This document shows positions 50,483-59,994 of a stretch of DNA of 64,000 nucleotides, piece by piece (position 1 is the first letter of the stretch; every line of letters begins with the position of its first letter). Under the pieces are notes generated by a model. It saw nothing but the letters and a program-made list of their open reading frames with translations, was not told the DNA's origin and searched no databases. Source of the DNA: a virus (taxonomy: Duplodnaviria; Caudoviricetes); IMG/VR virus record IMGVR_UViG_3300031867_000008, positions 64,001 through 128,000 of that record; one strand, written 5' to 3'. The translations under genes were made by a program, and so were the position numbers.

Positions 50483-51118
50483 TCAATACTCTACTGTAAT
50501 CTTTGTCAGAGCATTACTTATACTAAGAGTAGCATCAACCTTGCTCATAAATGTATCGGTTTCAGTAGAAAGGGATTCGATGATCTTTTCGCAACCAATG
50601 GGGTCAATGAGGTCAAGGGAATTATCCTCTATGAACTTCGCCTTTGCACTCTCGATTACATCCTTATTAACTGACTCCTTGTTAGCGTAAGCTCTTTCAA
50701 CATATGATATTGCCTTATCAGAGATGGTGTCATTTATAGCGTGAATATTTCTGGTAGCTATATTGTAATCAGCAGATACTTTATTGAGAAGCATTTCCTT
50801 GAACTCTATGCCACTACGCTTGTATTCAATAGCTTCTGCTACGGTCATTGAAACATCGCCTATTGTTACAACAGTTGTTGCATTTGAATTGGTTACAGCT
50901 TTCTTGATAGCTGTTCTACGTTTAATTAGATCAGTTATCTTCGCATACTTAGCCTGAATAGTGGTCTTATAATCGTTAATTGCAATACCGTTTATCTTGG
51001 TGTTACAACGCTGGTTAAAATCAGCAAACTTGGCTTCTGAGATTTCCTTCTTAATTCTCTTGTCGAGAACTTTCAGCTCAGACAGTGCTTCGTGAATCGT
51101 CATAGTTTCAGTTGTCAT
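50483..51118 (-). CDS. Coiled-coil protein of DIP1984/DUF6847-like type
   Basis: MTIHEALSELKVLDKRI...MTVAEAIE...VDATLSISNA. Confidence 0.6.
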   Translation of the reverse strand: MTTETMTIHEALSELKVLDKRIKKEISEAKFADFNQRCNTKINGIAINDYKTTIQAKYAKITDLIKRRTAIKKAVTNSNATTVVTIGDVSMTVAEAIEYKRSGIEFKEMLLNKVSADYNIATRNIHAINDTISDKAISYVERAYANKESVNKDVIESAKAKFIEDNSLDLIDPIGCEKIIESLSTETDTFMSKVDATLSISNALTKITVEY

Positions 51119-51167
51119 AAATTATTTCTCCTTGTCAAATAAAATTTAAGTTTTATATGCCTATCAT

Positions 51168-51214
51168 ACACAATATATAGTATATGCTTCAATTTACATA
51201 TCTATATATTGTAT
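51168..51214. promoter_or_regulatory. Tandem NrdR-box-like pair
   Basis: acaCaATATATaGtat (51168) and tatCtATATATtGtat (51199), 31 bp apart. Confidence 0.65.
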
Positions 51215-51223
51215 ATAATCAAA

Positions 51224-51294
51224 TCGAAAATGTCGGAGTCGAACCGCTATTCAGCATCCCAAACGCTGTGTGTTACCGTTACACTACATTCTCG
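51224..51294 (-). tRNA. tRNA-Pro(TGG)
   Basis: cagcg-ttTGGga-tgctg; GGTTCGACTCC. Confidence 0.85.
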
Positions 51295-51633
51295 GTGAAC
51301 AAAACTCAATCTCAAACCTTTACGAATAAATTTAGATCAGTTATTTCTATTTTTATTCTGCCTTATCTGTGTGTACATCACAAACCGCCAGTCTGAGATT
51401 GAGCGTAGGTTTTCGGGGCGGGTTGTCCTACAACCCTACATCATCGAAGAAAACCACTTGTGAACAAAACAGTCACGACCTTTCTTTTATATGATTGTGA
51501 ATTATTTTCTTTTGTCTCAGCAGTATCTTTTGACTGTCCTACTACTGTTCGCAACAGCAAAAGACTTACCGAGACAAAAATTATAGGAGGTACACGATGA
51601 ACAGAAAGCAGATCATCGTAAATTGGAGAAAAG

Positions 51634-51718
51634 CTGGGAAGGTGGGATTTGAACCCACGACAGATAAATCATGCAGAGGTCAAAGCTCTGTGTGTTAAAA
51701 CCACTTCACCACTTCCCA
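51634..51718 (-). tRNA. tRNA-Gln(TTG) with extended variable region
   Basis: cagag-ctTTGac-ctctg; GGTTCAAATCC; 85 nt long. Confidence 0.8.
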
Positions 51719-51888
51719 ATGAGTGAACCTGATTAACCAATCACAGGCTTAGGTGTGCTGTCAAATCATATTGACTTATCACTCACGTCTATTGCACACA
51801 TAGACTAACCTATATTAGTGGCGGCTACCACTCATCAGAACGCATTAACCGAAGTCACTCTCGATCTTAGAGCTGTTGTTCTTTTGAA

Positions 51889-51962
51889 TACTCCCACCGA
51901 GACTCGAACTCGGACTTTACGCATTTTAAGTGCGCTCTCTCTGCCTATTGGAGTACGGGAGC
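51889..51962 (-). tRNA. tRNA-Leu(TAA), short variable arm
   Basis: gcgca-ctTAAaa-tgcgt; GTTCGAG. Confidence 0.85.
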
Positions 51963-52130
51963 AAATGCTGAGTATTGTTTTACATCGCACTCAGCACACG
52001 ATGTTGAAAGGAGTATCATCGTATAGGTCAAAATTCGGTTTTTTGTAAAGTTTCAACAGTCACTCACGCTGTAAGTAGCCAAAAAATAAAGGTTTTATCA
52101 AATATTTATCCTGTCCTCTTTACATATATT

Positions 52131-52188
52131 ATTATATCACAACTCATTCTGTATGTCAAGTACTTTTCAACAGTCACTGACGATTTTA
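52131..52188 (-). promoter_or_regulatory. Consensus sigma-A promoter with operator-like motif, driving the tRNA/replication region
   Basis: TTGACA (52154-59)-17-TATAAT (52131-36). Confidence 0.78.
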
Positions 52189-52297
52189 TATGATTGTACA
52201 AAAAGCACCTATTTTAGCAGGCGCTTTTTGTGAACATCATACAAATATTGAAGATATAACTTGTGACAAGATATAACCTGTAACAAAGCGAAAAACG

Positions 52298-53215
52298 TTA
52301 ATTATTGTTCTGATCGTTCTGAGCGTTCATAGCGTTAATCTTCTGCTCTTTCCACAATTGATACCTTTCTTCATTTACAATTGTAAAATGGCTTATGGTT
52401 GCAGTGACTATCTCTTTGTAACTGATCGTAGAGTTTGTTTTGCTATTGTTTATATCCTCTGTTGCAAACACTCTAAAAAATTCCCCAGCTTGTATTATAT
52501 TTGAAGAATTAAGTTTTATATTTGCTAATTTGTTAAGCATTCTTTTTATCGTTTTAACATTCATTTTTTTTAGAATGTAATATTGGTCATTATAAGACTT
52601 GACCGTTCCTTTTTTCTGATTGTTAGCCCTTACATAAGTTGTTGCAGTTGCCAAGAGCATTATTTTATCTTTTATCAGTTGATTGTCTATCTTTACACCA
52701 TTCGGCAATATAAATGTGTTCGTTATGTTCTTCGCAAAAATATTCGTTGCCTGCTCATCGCTGCAACCGTAGTAGAGAAGATAGCCATATACTTCGGCAA
52801 TCAAAAAATAGCTGGAATAATCGAAATCTCTCTTCTTACCATATGCGGCAATAGCTTTTTTAAATTCATTATATAATTCATTAGGATCAAACACGTAATT
52901 ACTCTTACCCGAATCAATGACTGCCTTTTTTATATCGTTTTCGTTCAATAAATTGTATTGAGGTCTTTTACAAAAAACTCTAAATTCGTTTATGAGTTTT
53001 CGGTCTTTACTATAGCATTCATAACTCACACGGTTTTCTTGAATGAATACCTCGTTAATCTCTTGCTCGTTGAAGTCCAACAAGCTACGTTTCTTATCTT
53101 TTTCGTATCCTGCAAAGATGTTGAATAATGCTTCTGCTCGTTTTTTTCGATGATCCTTTGTCAAATAGTTATTGATAAAATCTTCTTTCAACTCTTTATC
53201 ATAAATTATTTTCAT
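52298..53215 (-). CDS. MrpR/YopR-like repressor (degenerate tyrosine-recombinase fold)
   Basis: YDKELKEDFI...FAGYEKDKKRSLLDFNEQEI N-terminus resembles the SPbeta master-repressor family (recognised from memory). Confidence 0.55.
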   Translation of the reverse strand: MKIIYDKELKEDFINNYLTKDHRKKRAEALFNIFAGYEKDKKRSLLDFNEQEINEVFIQENRVSYECYSKDRKLINEFRVFCKRPQYNLLNENDIKKAVIDSGKSNYVFDPNELYNEFKKAIAAYGKKRDFDYSSYFLIAEVYGYLLYYGCSDEQATNIFAKNITNTFILPNGVKIDNQLIKDKIMLLATATTYVRANNQKKGTVKSYNDQYYILKKMNVKTIKRMLNKLANIKLNSSNIIQAGEFFRVFATEDINNSKTNSTISYKEIVTATISHFTIVNEERYQLWKEQKINAMNAQNDQNNN

Positions 53216-53387
53216 TTTTAAAAGCCTACCTTTCATGTTAAAATGTCGGCAATAATTCTTACACAATTATATAAGTATATACTTATAGTCTTGTTTATAA
53301 TTATATACCAAAATAAGTAACAGTTTATAGATAGACTTTTATATAATGAAAAAGTATGTTTTAAATGCTTGTTAATTGTGTTATAAT

Positions 53388-53792
53388 TCAGCAAATTCCG
53401 ACCTGAACTAATATTTTTTCATTGACAACATTCATTATTTCCGTAGGCAACGCACCAATGCAATTACGAAGTCTGCTTTTGTCAACGGTACGCATCTGTT
53501 CGACCACAAGGGTGGAATCTTTGGTTAATCCACCAGTTCCTTTCATTAAGGAAACGTGTGTAGGTATTGACTTCTTATGTGCAGAGGTTATAGGAACTAC
53601 AAGCACTGTATTACTGTAATAATTTCCTTTATCATTTTGAACAATGAGGACAGGTCTAATTCCCTGCTGCTCAGAACCACACCCCTGACCTAAGTCAGCG
53701 ATATACACCTGTCCTCGCTTAACTCGTTCACAATCCGCAAAGGATAAACTCGTTCTGTTCATAGCGTTTGTTGAAATTGTAGTGTTAGTCAT
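53388..53792 (-). CDS. mazF: MazF/PemK endoribonuclease, no adjacent MazE
   Basis: KRGQVYIADL, GSEQQGIRPVLIVQND, VPITS, EQMRTVDKSRL. Confidence 0.92.
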   Translation of the reverse strand: MTNTTISTNAMNRTSLSFADCERVKRGQVYIADLGQGCGSEQQGIRPVLIVQNDKGNYYSNTVLVVPITSAHKKSIPTHVSLMKGTGGLTKDSTLVVEQMRTVDKSRLRNCIGALPTEIMNVVNEKILVQVGIC

Positions 53793-53834
53793 AACAATTT
53801 TCCTTTCTGTTTAGGAGATTGCAAAATTGAACGC

Positions 53835-54671
53835 TTAACTACAATCCCCTATGGTTGTCTGTTTGTTGTCTAATCTATCTAAAGTGTGAACTATAAGTTT
53901 TTCAGCTTCCTGCAACGTTTCTAAATACTTGTCCTTGTATCTATGTATAACGTTTTTGTTTTCCTCGCTAAGTTCATCAATTTCCCCAAACCCGAGAATG
54001 TACTCCCCTGTTCTGCTGTCCAATAACCCTATATCAATTCCTCCAACAAACGGATGTCTAAGTCCATCTGTAAAATCTTCATTCACAATGAACGCCAACA
54101 CATCATGAACGTTCTTATCTTCAAGTCTTTCCTTTGCATGAGGTGATCTATACCAACCAGATTCTTTCATATTCTGTATTATATACTTCAATATCGGGTA
54201 ATGTTCATATTCGTGAGTGTCAACACCGATGATTACTCGTCCATCTGGCAGTCTAAAAGTATATTCCTTATTTATAGAATCAACCAGTTCATTTGGTATA
54301 TCTTTTCCTATCTTTTTGTACTTTCCATTATGGTAAGTAATGTAAACCGTTGCTAAAAGTACCTGATCGTTATATATTTCAAGAGTTTTGCTTGAATCTG
54401 TTTTGCTTGTAACCTTATATGAGAAGTCACCAAAGTATATTATTGTTCCGACTATATCAGGGAGAAAAACCGATGAATAATCACCTTTGTAAAAAACCAT
54501 GTGTCCGATTCCACCCATCGAAACAGCACTGTAAGATGAATTATAATCATTCCCAATTGTGCCATTTGTACCGTTTGTTTCTACGATAGTTCCATCAGGC
54601 AGTTTAAAAATTGCGCTGTATGAATTATCAAACTCCCTGATAAAAGCCTTGTGAATCGTTTTAAGTTTCAT
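53835..54671 (-). CDS. Hypothetical protein with its own promoter
   Basis: ORF; TTGACA (54749-54)-17-TATAAT (54726-31) upstream. Confidence 0.6.
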   Translation of the reverse strand: MKLKTIHKAFIREFDNSYSAIFKLPDGTIVETNGTNGTIGNDYNSSYSAVSMGGIGHMVFYKGDYSSVFLPDIVGTIIYFGDFSYKVTSKTDSSKTLEIYNDQVLLATVYITYHNGKYKKIGKDIPNELVDSINKEYTFRLPDGRVIIGVDTHEYEHYPILKYIIQNMKESGWYRSPHAKERLEDKNVHDVLAFIVNEDFTDGLRHPFVGGIDIGLLDSRTGEYILGFGEIDELSEENKNVIHRYKDKYLETLQEAEKLIVHTLDRLDNKQTTIGDCS

Positions 54672-54847
54672 TATTTATCAATCCTTTCGTTTCTGTATGT
54701 TTTGAAATTCATCTTTTATGATGATATTATACACCCGTGCGAACTCATTGTCAAGCAAAGTTCACATCATTTCTGCGTTCTGTACTAAATGATGTTCACT
54801 TTTTTAGTCAAAACGCAGAAATTTTATGAAACTTTTTACCGTTTTAG

Positions 54848-55753
54848 TTACTTTATGGAAGAAATGTCAGGCAGTTTATTCTTGTTGCGATAATTGTAAA
54901 CATCACAGATTGCCCTAACTACTCTATCTGTTTTGGTGAATGCGGCACTATCACTGTAAGAAGCCTTTACGATTTCAGCAACAGGCTTTTTGGAAAAGAC
55001 TTTTACAAATTTATTTCTGTCAAACTTATCTCCGTAAAGATGGAAGAACTCACCCATACCACCAATGAACGTTGCGCTGATTGAATCCTTATCATCTTTC
55101 CAAGTTTCTTTCATGAGTTTAAGCATTACGTTTGTGTTCTCTGAGCCTATAAGGTCGTATACCTTTTCAAAAGTGCTGACACACAAGATTCTTCTTTTAC
55201 TGGTTGTCTTATCATAGTTCTTGCTTGTTGCAAGTATATAGCCTGCATCTGCACAAACGTTAATCATGTCTTTTGCCTTGCTATCATATTCTTTACGAGA
55301 AGTCATGTGTTCTTCGGGTGTAAGTTTGGCACAGTTTTCATACTGCTCGTTGTAATAGGCAGCTTCATCATCATAAGTAAGACCTGTGAGAACTCTTGCT
55401 GTAACGATATAATCTTCTCCAAATAACATTCTTAAAACTGTAAGAGTATGCTGTCCATCAACCACATAATACTTACCGTTGCGCTTAGATACTACAATAG
55501 GCTTGACCTTATTCTTGTCGAACTTGCGAATGATTGACTTAATACGACTATCCTTTGTGTTCCTCTGATAAGGTGCGCTTAGAAGCATTTTTGCAGGCAG
55601 TTTTCTTATCTCCATGTCATCGCTCTTAGGGAAGTTGAGTTCTGTTGTCTCAGTTCCACTGTTGACATTAGATGTGGTGTCGTTCTTAATGGGTCTTGTC
55701 CCAGAGGGATCGAACTTTGCACTTACCTTAGTTCCTTTGATTACTGATTTCAT
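54848..55753 (-). CDS. ParB/Srx-fold protein (DUF6551-like)
   Basis: PYQR...IVVSKRNGKYYVVDGQHT. Confidence 0.8.
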   Translation of the reverse strand: MKSVIKGTKVSAKFDPSGTRPIKNDTTSNVNSGTETTELNFPKSDDMEIRKLPAKMLLSAPYQRNTKDSRIKSIIRKFDKNKVKPIVVSKRNGKYYVVDGQHTLTVLRMLFGEDYIVTARVLTGLTYDDEAAYYNEQYENCAKLTPEEHMTSRKEYDSKAKDMINVCADAGYILATSKNYDKTTSKRRILCVSTFEKVYDLIGSENTNVMLKLMKETWKDDKDSISATFIGGMGEFFHLYGDKFDRNKFVKVFSKKPVAEIVKASYSDSAAFTKTDRVVRAICDVYNYRNKNKLPDISSIK

Positions 55754-55792
55754 TTGTAAATCCTCCTAAAATTTTAAAATTTTTATGTCACA

Positions 55793-56779
55793 TCACAACT
55801 CGAAATAGTCAGTGATGTAATTGGCAAATTGTTTAATCTCGTCAAGAAGTTGACAAGCTATTTGTTTACTTTGTATGGTGATTTTTGGCTTACTTTCTTC
55901 TTCGATAGTATTACTTACCGAAAGTATAGCACTCCTGATATTGTCAATGGATAAACGAGCTAAGTCTATATCGTTTAAACTTCTGTCTCGTTCTTCGTCA
56001 TGCAAATCATCAATATAATCTTGAAGTGTTTTTGCTTCCTGTGTAGGACTATCATTTTCATTTATTGTTGCACATCTTTGACTTATCCTATGGATTCTGC
56101 GATAGAACTCACCCTTACAGGAATACTGTTTACGTATTTCCTCACGTTCTTTATCAGTCCATGAGTCAATCTGATTTACGAATCCGTTGCGCCTTATCGT
56201 AGACACCGAAATGTTATCCAACAGAATGTATAAGCATTCCAAATCATCTATTCTGCCCTGTTCTTCCAGTTCCCACATTTTTCTACCCACTAAGATATAA
56301 TCTTCGTAACATTTCGCACACAGCAAATTGTTACTATCGTCTTTCTTGATTGAAAATATATTTGGGAGATAAGGTAACAATTGCTTTCCTGTCAAATACA
56401 TATCATGACCTTTTGGGTATGCTTTGCGGTAGCTTTCATAATACACATAAACAGCTTTGCAAAGTTCTTCCTTTGAACAGTCTCTATGATCGTAGTTCTT
56501 GATTATCTCTACTATAACTTCATCGTCATTTGAGCAATTGCACTTTGTAGCTTTGATTTTTCCAAAGCCCTTAGCACCATTGTTATGAAGCTGTGCAAAC
56601 GCTCTTACAGTATCAATGCCAGCTATGACATTATTATTAGTGTCAACCACTATTGGAGTATAATCGTTTTTATCCTCAGTGAGAGCGTTTATAAGTTCCG
56701 AAATGTCACGTTCATTGTAGATACGCTCATAAATATCGGGTATCTGTATCTCGTCTATCGACAACTTCATGACGCTCAT
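55793..56779 (-). CDS. ParB N-terminal-domain protein (divergent)
   Basis: LSIDEIQIP...PIVVDTNNNVIAG. Confidence 0.6.
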   Translation of the reverse strand: MSVMKLSIDEIQIPDIYERIYNERDISELINALTEDKNDYTPIVVDTNNNVIAGIDTVRAFAQLHNNGAKGFGKIKATKCNCSNDDEVIVEIIKNYDHRDCSKEELCKAVYVYYESYRKAYPKGHDMYLTGKQLLPYLPNIFSIKKDDSNNLLCAKCYEDYILVGRKMWELEEQGRIDDLECLYILLDNISVSTIRRNGFVNQIDSWTDKEREEIRKQYSCKGEFYRRIHRISQRCATINENDSPTQEAKTLQDYIDDLHDEERDRSLNDIDLARLSIDNIRSAILSVSNTIEEESKPKITIQSKQIACQLLDEIKQFANYITDYFEL

Positions 56780-58061
56780 CTCCATTCTCTCCGTTAGTTT
56801 GCACATTATTATCATCTCCAACTGTGTCACTATCACTTACTACACTGTCATTGTCTGTTATATCATCAGTAACATTTGTCACATCAACGTCACTTATTAT
56901 TTCAGTTTCGACTTCTTCTTCTTTGCTTTCGTTCTCGATCTCATTCAGGAAAGAATAATCACCATTCTCCCAATCAAAATCGTCACCCTTGATTTCTTCC
57001 ACAAGATCACACATTTTGTCACCAACCACATTTATAAGAGTTTGACAAATGATGTTTACTCTCGCTTCAACTTTCGTTTTCTTAGTAGTACCTTCCTTAC
57101 AACCTTTTTCAGTGTACTCTTTCTGATACGTTTTAGTAACCCACTTGTAAAGCCATTCCTCAAATTCTTCCTCACTAAATCTGCACTTAGCTACATTATG
57201 GAACAACAGCTTTCCACTTTGAATATTAAGGAATACTTTCATGCACATTACTAACGCTGGAATGTGGAGTTTTTTCAGATAAGATACACATTCTTCATCA
57301 GCAGGATAGTATTCATCGAGCTTGTTAAGTAACAGAGCAAGTTCATCAAGGTCTGAATCCTTGTAATTATCCTTATAATACTCAGCAAACTTTATTATAT
57401 CAGGCGAACCATAAGACTTAGTTTCATAGTCAGTCAACAGCATTAAGCACTCCAAAGCTACACCAAGTTTAGCATCTGTTTTACTGTTTGCAATTGAAGG
57501 AGCGCACCTATCCCAGAAAGGCAGATTAAGAATCTTTTCATCAAACTTCGGAGCAATCTGAGTTCCGAGTGCCACTTTCGCTTTCTGCGTGGGCTTGAAT
57601 GAAGTGCCACTGTTCAGACGAAGGAACTGTTCTTCAAGTTGTTCTTCATCATAATTAGTGATCTGAATTACTTCAAGAGTATAATGCAATATGAGAGTTT
57701 GTATTTTTTTATCAAGTTCGGAAAACTTTTTTCCTGCTACATCGTAAAATTCTCCTTTGTAATAAACAGGCTCAAAGGTCTTAGCCAATTTCCACTCATC
57801 ATCAATGAATGAAAATATTGTACTTGTTCTCTGCTTACCATCAATGATTGTCCAAGTTCGGTCTGTGGGAGTGTCATTCACTATCACCCAGATTGAAGGT
57901 ATAACAAAATTTCTAAGCATACTATCAATAAGAGCGTTCTTCTGCCCCCGATTCCACTGTCCACCATCACGTTGTAAAGCATAATCGTCATTCATTTCAC
58001 CATCATTGTGCATATTATAAAGTGATTCGATTGAATTTCTCACCAGTACAGTCGCTTCCAT
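56727..58061 (-). CDS. DUF262 (GmrS-like ParB/Srx) protein
   Basis: LQR...W...LIDSML, IIDGKQR, FLRLNSG. Confidence 0.85.
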   Translation of the reverse strand: MEATVLVRNSIESLYNMHNDGEMNDDYALQRDGGQWNRGQKNALIDSMLRNFVIPSIWVIVNDTPTDRTWTIIDGKQRTSTIFSFIDDEWKLAKTFEPVYYKGEFYDVAGKKFSELDKKIQTLILHYTLEVIQITNYDEEQLEEQFLRLNSGTSFKPTQKAKVALGTQIAPKFDEKILNLPFWDRCAPSIANSKTDAKLGVALECLMLLTDYETKSYGSPDIIKFAEYYKDNYKDSDLDELALLLNKLDEYYPADEECVSYLKKLHIPALVMCMKVFLNIQSGKLLFHNVAKCRFSEEEFEEWLYKWVTKTYQKEYTEKGCKEGTTKKTKVEARVNIICQTLINVVGDKMCDLVEEIKGDDFDWENGDYSFLNEIENESKEEEVETEIISDVDVTNVTDDITDNDSVVSDSDTVGDDNNVQTNGENGDERHEVVDRRDTDTRYL

Positions 58062-58103
58062 TTTTATTATCTCCTTTCGGGATTTAGGTTTTTCATTGAT
58101 ATA

Positions 58104-58222
58104 ATTATAGCACATCTGCTCATGGTTGTCAACAACCCTGAACATGATTGTTGTGAATAATTTGTAAATTTTAAGCATCAACCAATTAGCAACTTGACAC
58201 AATCTGCATTATAAGATATAAT
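58104..58222. promoter_or_regulatory. Divergent sigma-A promoter pair
   Basis: Minus: TTGACA (58127-32)-17-TATAAT (58104-09); plus: TTGACA (58194-99)-17-TATAAT (58217-22). Confidence 0.8.
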
Positions 58223-58245
58223 ATAATATAAAAGGAAGTGATTAA

Positions 58246-58473
58246 ATGCCGCATGGTCAAATCTCATCTCATAAAACTCGCACAGGAATTACACTTACCA
58301 AAATTTTAAAATCCGAATTAGAATATCTTGCAAAACAAGATCATCGAAGTCTTAATAATTATATGGAAATGGTTCTCACCGATCACGTTGAGCAGCAACG
58401 TAAACTTGGTAAACTGCCAGAGAAGATTGAGCAGGAGAGTTCTGATAATAGTTCCAATAATGATAATTCTTGA
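58246..58473 (+). CDS. Ribbon-helix-helix (Arc/CopG-like) DNA-binding protein
   Basis: TRTGITLTKILKSELEYLAKQDHRSLNNYMEMVL. Confidence 0.8.
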   Translation: MPHGQISSHKTRTGITLTKILKSELEYLAKQDHRSLNNYMEMVLTDHVEQQRKLGKLPEKIEQESSDNSSNNDNS

Positions 58474-58544
58474 CAAAAGAGTTTTTTCGATTCTAATACA
58501 AATGTGAATAATTTGTAAATTTTCTGAAAAACTATTGAAAAGTG

Positions 58545-58573
58545 TTGACAAATTGCTGTTATTAGTGTATACT
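58545..58573 (+). promoter_or_regulatory. Promoter of type III TA cassette 1
   Basis: TTGACA-17-TATACT. Confidence 0.8.
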
Positions 58574-58592
58574 AATATTAGGAAGAATACAC

Positions 58593-58763
58593 CTTCCGAG
58601 AACAACGGCGAGAATATTGTTCATGTGTATGTTTGGTCTCCGAGAGCAACGGGACTTGAATTTAGAATATTGCTCATGTTAGATGTTTAGTCTCCGCGAA
58701 TGACGGGACTTGAATTTAGAATATCATTCATTATTGAAGCTCTATGATTTTCATAGGGCTTCA
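58593..58763 (+). ncRNA. Type III antitoxin array 1 (about 2.7 x 54-nt pseudoknot repeats) plus terminator
   Basis: Loop/stem-2 covariation gaacaa/ttgttc, gagcaa/ttgctc, gaatga/tcattc; terminator hairpin 58735-58763. Confidence 0.88.
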
Positions 58764-58786
58764 TTCTATAATAAGGGGAAACGTAT

Positions 58787-59311
58787 ATGAAAATTATTTC
58801 TGTGACAGATGATCTGTTCGATTTACTAAATGACCAAGAATTATTACATAATAAAAATCGTAGACCTCATGTACTCATATTAAAATTAACGTATAAAGAA
58901 ACAAAAATAAACTTTGCTGTACCATTCAGATCGAATATTCCACCAAATGCAAACAAATTATTTTATTTTTCAATGCCACCTCGTCCAAGTACCAAACCGA
59001 AATATCGTCATGGATTACACTATATAAAAGCGTTTCCCATAACAAGTGAATATTATACTAAGTGCAACATTGATGATAGTAAGTATTATGAAACTATTAG
59101 AAAAATAGCTAATTAAAAACTAACAGAAATAATACATGGTATGCAGCATTATTTAGAATTATATGAGCAAGGTTTACGAGAAAAATATTGTGTTGATATT
59201 GATAGCGCAATAAAAAAATTAAACATAACTCTTTTTAATAATGCTCAATACACAATACCCAATTCTGTTGCAGCTATTTCGGAAACTGATAATTCCAATA
59301 ATTTAATATAA
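58787..59311 (+). pseudogene. Type III TA toxin (TenpN-like) with in-frame TAA at 59114-59116
   Basis: RRPH...FAVPFRSNI...GLHYIKAFPI; frame stays open for 64 codons after the stop. Confidence 0.75.
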
Positions 59312-59350
59312 TGAATTTTGTGAATAAATTGTAAATATTTTTTAAAAGTA

Positions 59351-59379
59351 TTGACAACTGGTAGATTATAATGTATAAT
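59351..59379 (+). promoter_or_regulatory. Promoter of type III TA cassette 2
   Basis: TTGACA-17-TATAAT. Confidence 0.85.
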
Positions 59380-59407
59380 AAATATTAGAAAGAGGAAACT
59401 CTATCTG

Positions 59408-59525
59408 TTGTCGCACCACGATAAGCGACTAATAAATTGTCGTGCGCTAAATGTTTTGTCGCATCATAGTACGCGACTAATAAATTACTATGTGCTAATT
59501 TGAAGCCCTGTTCGCAGGGCTTTTC
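59408..59525 (+). ncRNA. cptI: CptI-like antitoxin array (2 x 48 nt) plus terminator
   Basis: Stem 1 gtcgc/gcgac; stem 2 cacgata/tgtcgtg and catagta/tactatg; terminator aagccctg-ttcg-cagggctttt. Confidence 0.88.
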
Positions 59526-59541
59526 TTTTAGGTGAATAGTC

Positions 59542-59994
59542 ATGTTTGCTGGAGAATTTTACTTTATTGATAAATCATACGCTGAAAAATACAGCAATGG
59601 AGAAATAATGATTAACCCAAAACGTCCTTATATGTTCGCTTTTGTTCAGAATGGATTGTTTTGGTTTATACCTATCACTTCCAAGGTCGAAAAGTTTGAA
59701 ACCATTCGTAATCATAAAATTATAAAATATAAAAAGTGCGACACTATTGATTTTTCTTATGTGTTGGGGCATAAGAAAGCTATTCTAATTCAGAACATGG
59801 TTCCTATAAGATATGAATACATAAAAGAACAGTACACAGACGATCAAGACAATCCGATCAGACTACCTTTAAAAGACGAGCGCAGAATTATCAATAACGC
59901 CAAGAAAATTCTTGCACTTCATCGAAAAAATCCAGTTTATATTTATGGAAATGTGCTTGAAATAGAAAAAGATTTCAATACATTACCTATATAA
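59542..59994 (+). CDS. cptN: CptN-family type III toxin
   Basis: GEFYFID...KRPY...WFIPITSKVEKF...CDTIDF...LIQNMVP. Confidence 0.88.
   Translation: MFAGEFYFIDKSYAEKYSNGEIMINPKRPYMFAFVQNGLFWFIPITSKVEKFETIRNHKIIKYKKCDTIDFSYVLGHKKAILIQNMVPIRYEYIKEQYTDDQDNPIRLPLKDERRIINNAKKILALHRKNPVYIYGNVLEIEKDFNTLPI

Noticed and set aside
51304-51590. Long imperfect hairpins between tRNAs as a named ncRNA
   Set aside because: Inverted repeats are visible (ctcaatctca/tgagattgag; ttttgtctc/gagacaaaa) but I cannot assign a family or function
59114-59116. Stop-codon reassignment (alternative genetic code)
   Set aside because: This is a single internal TAA; other genes are intact in code 11 and no suppressor tRNA was seen
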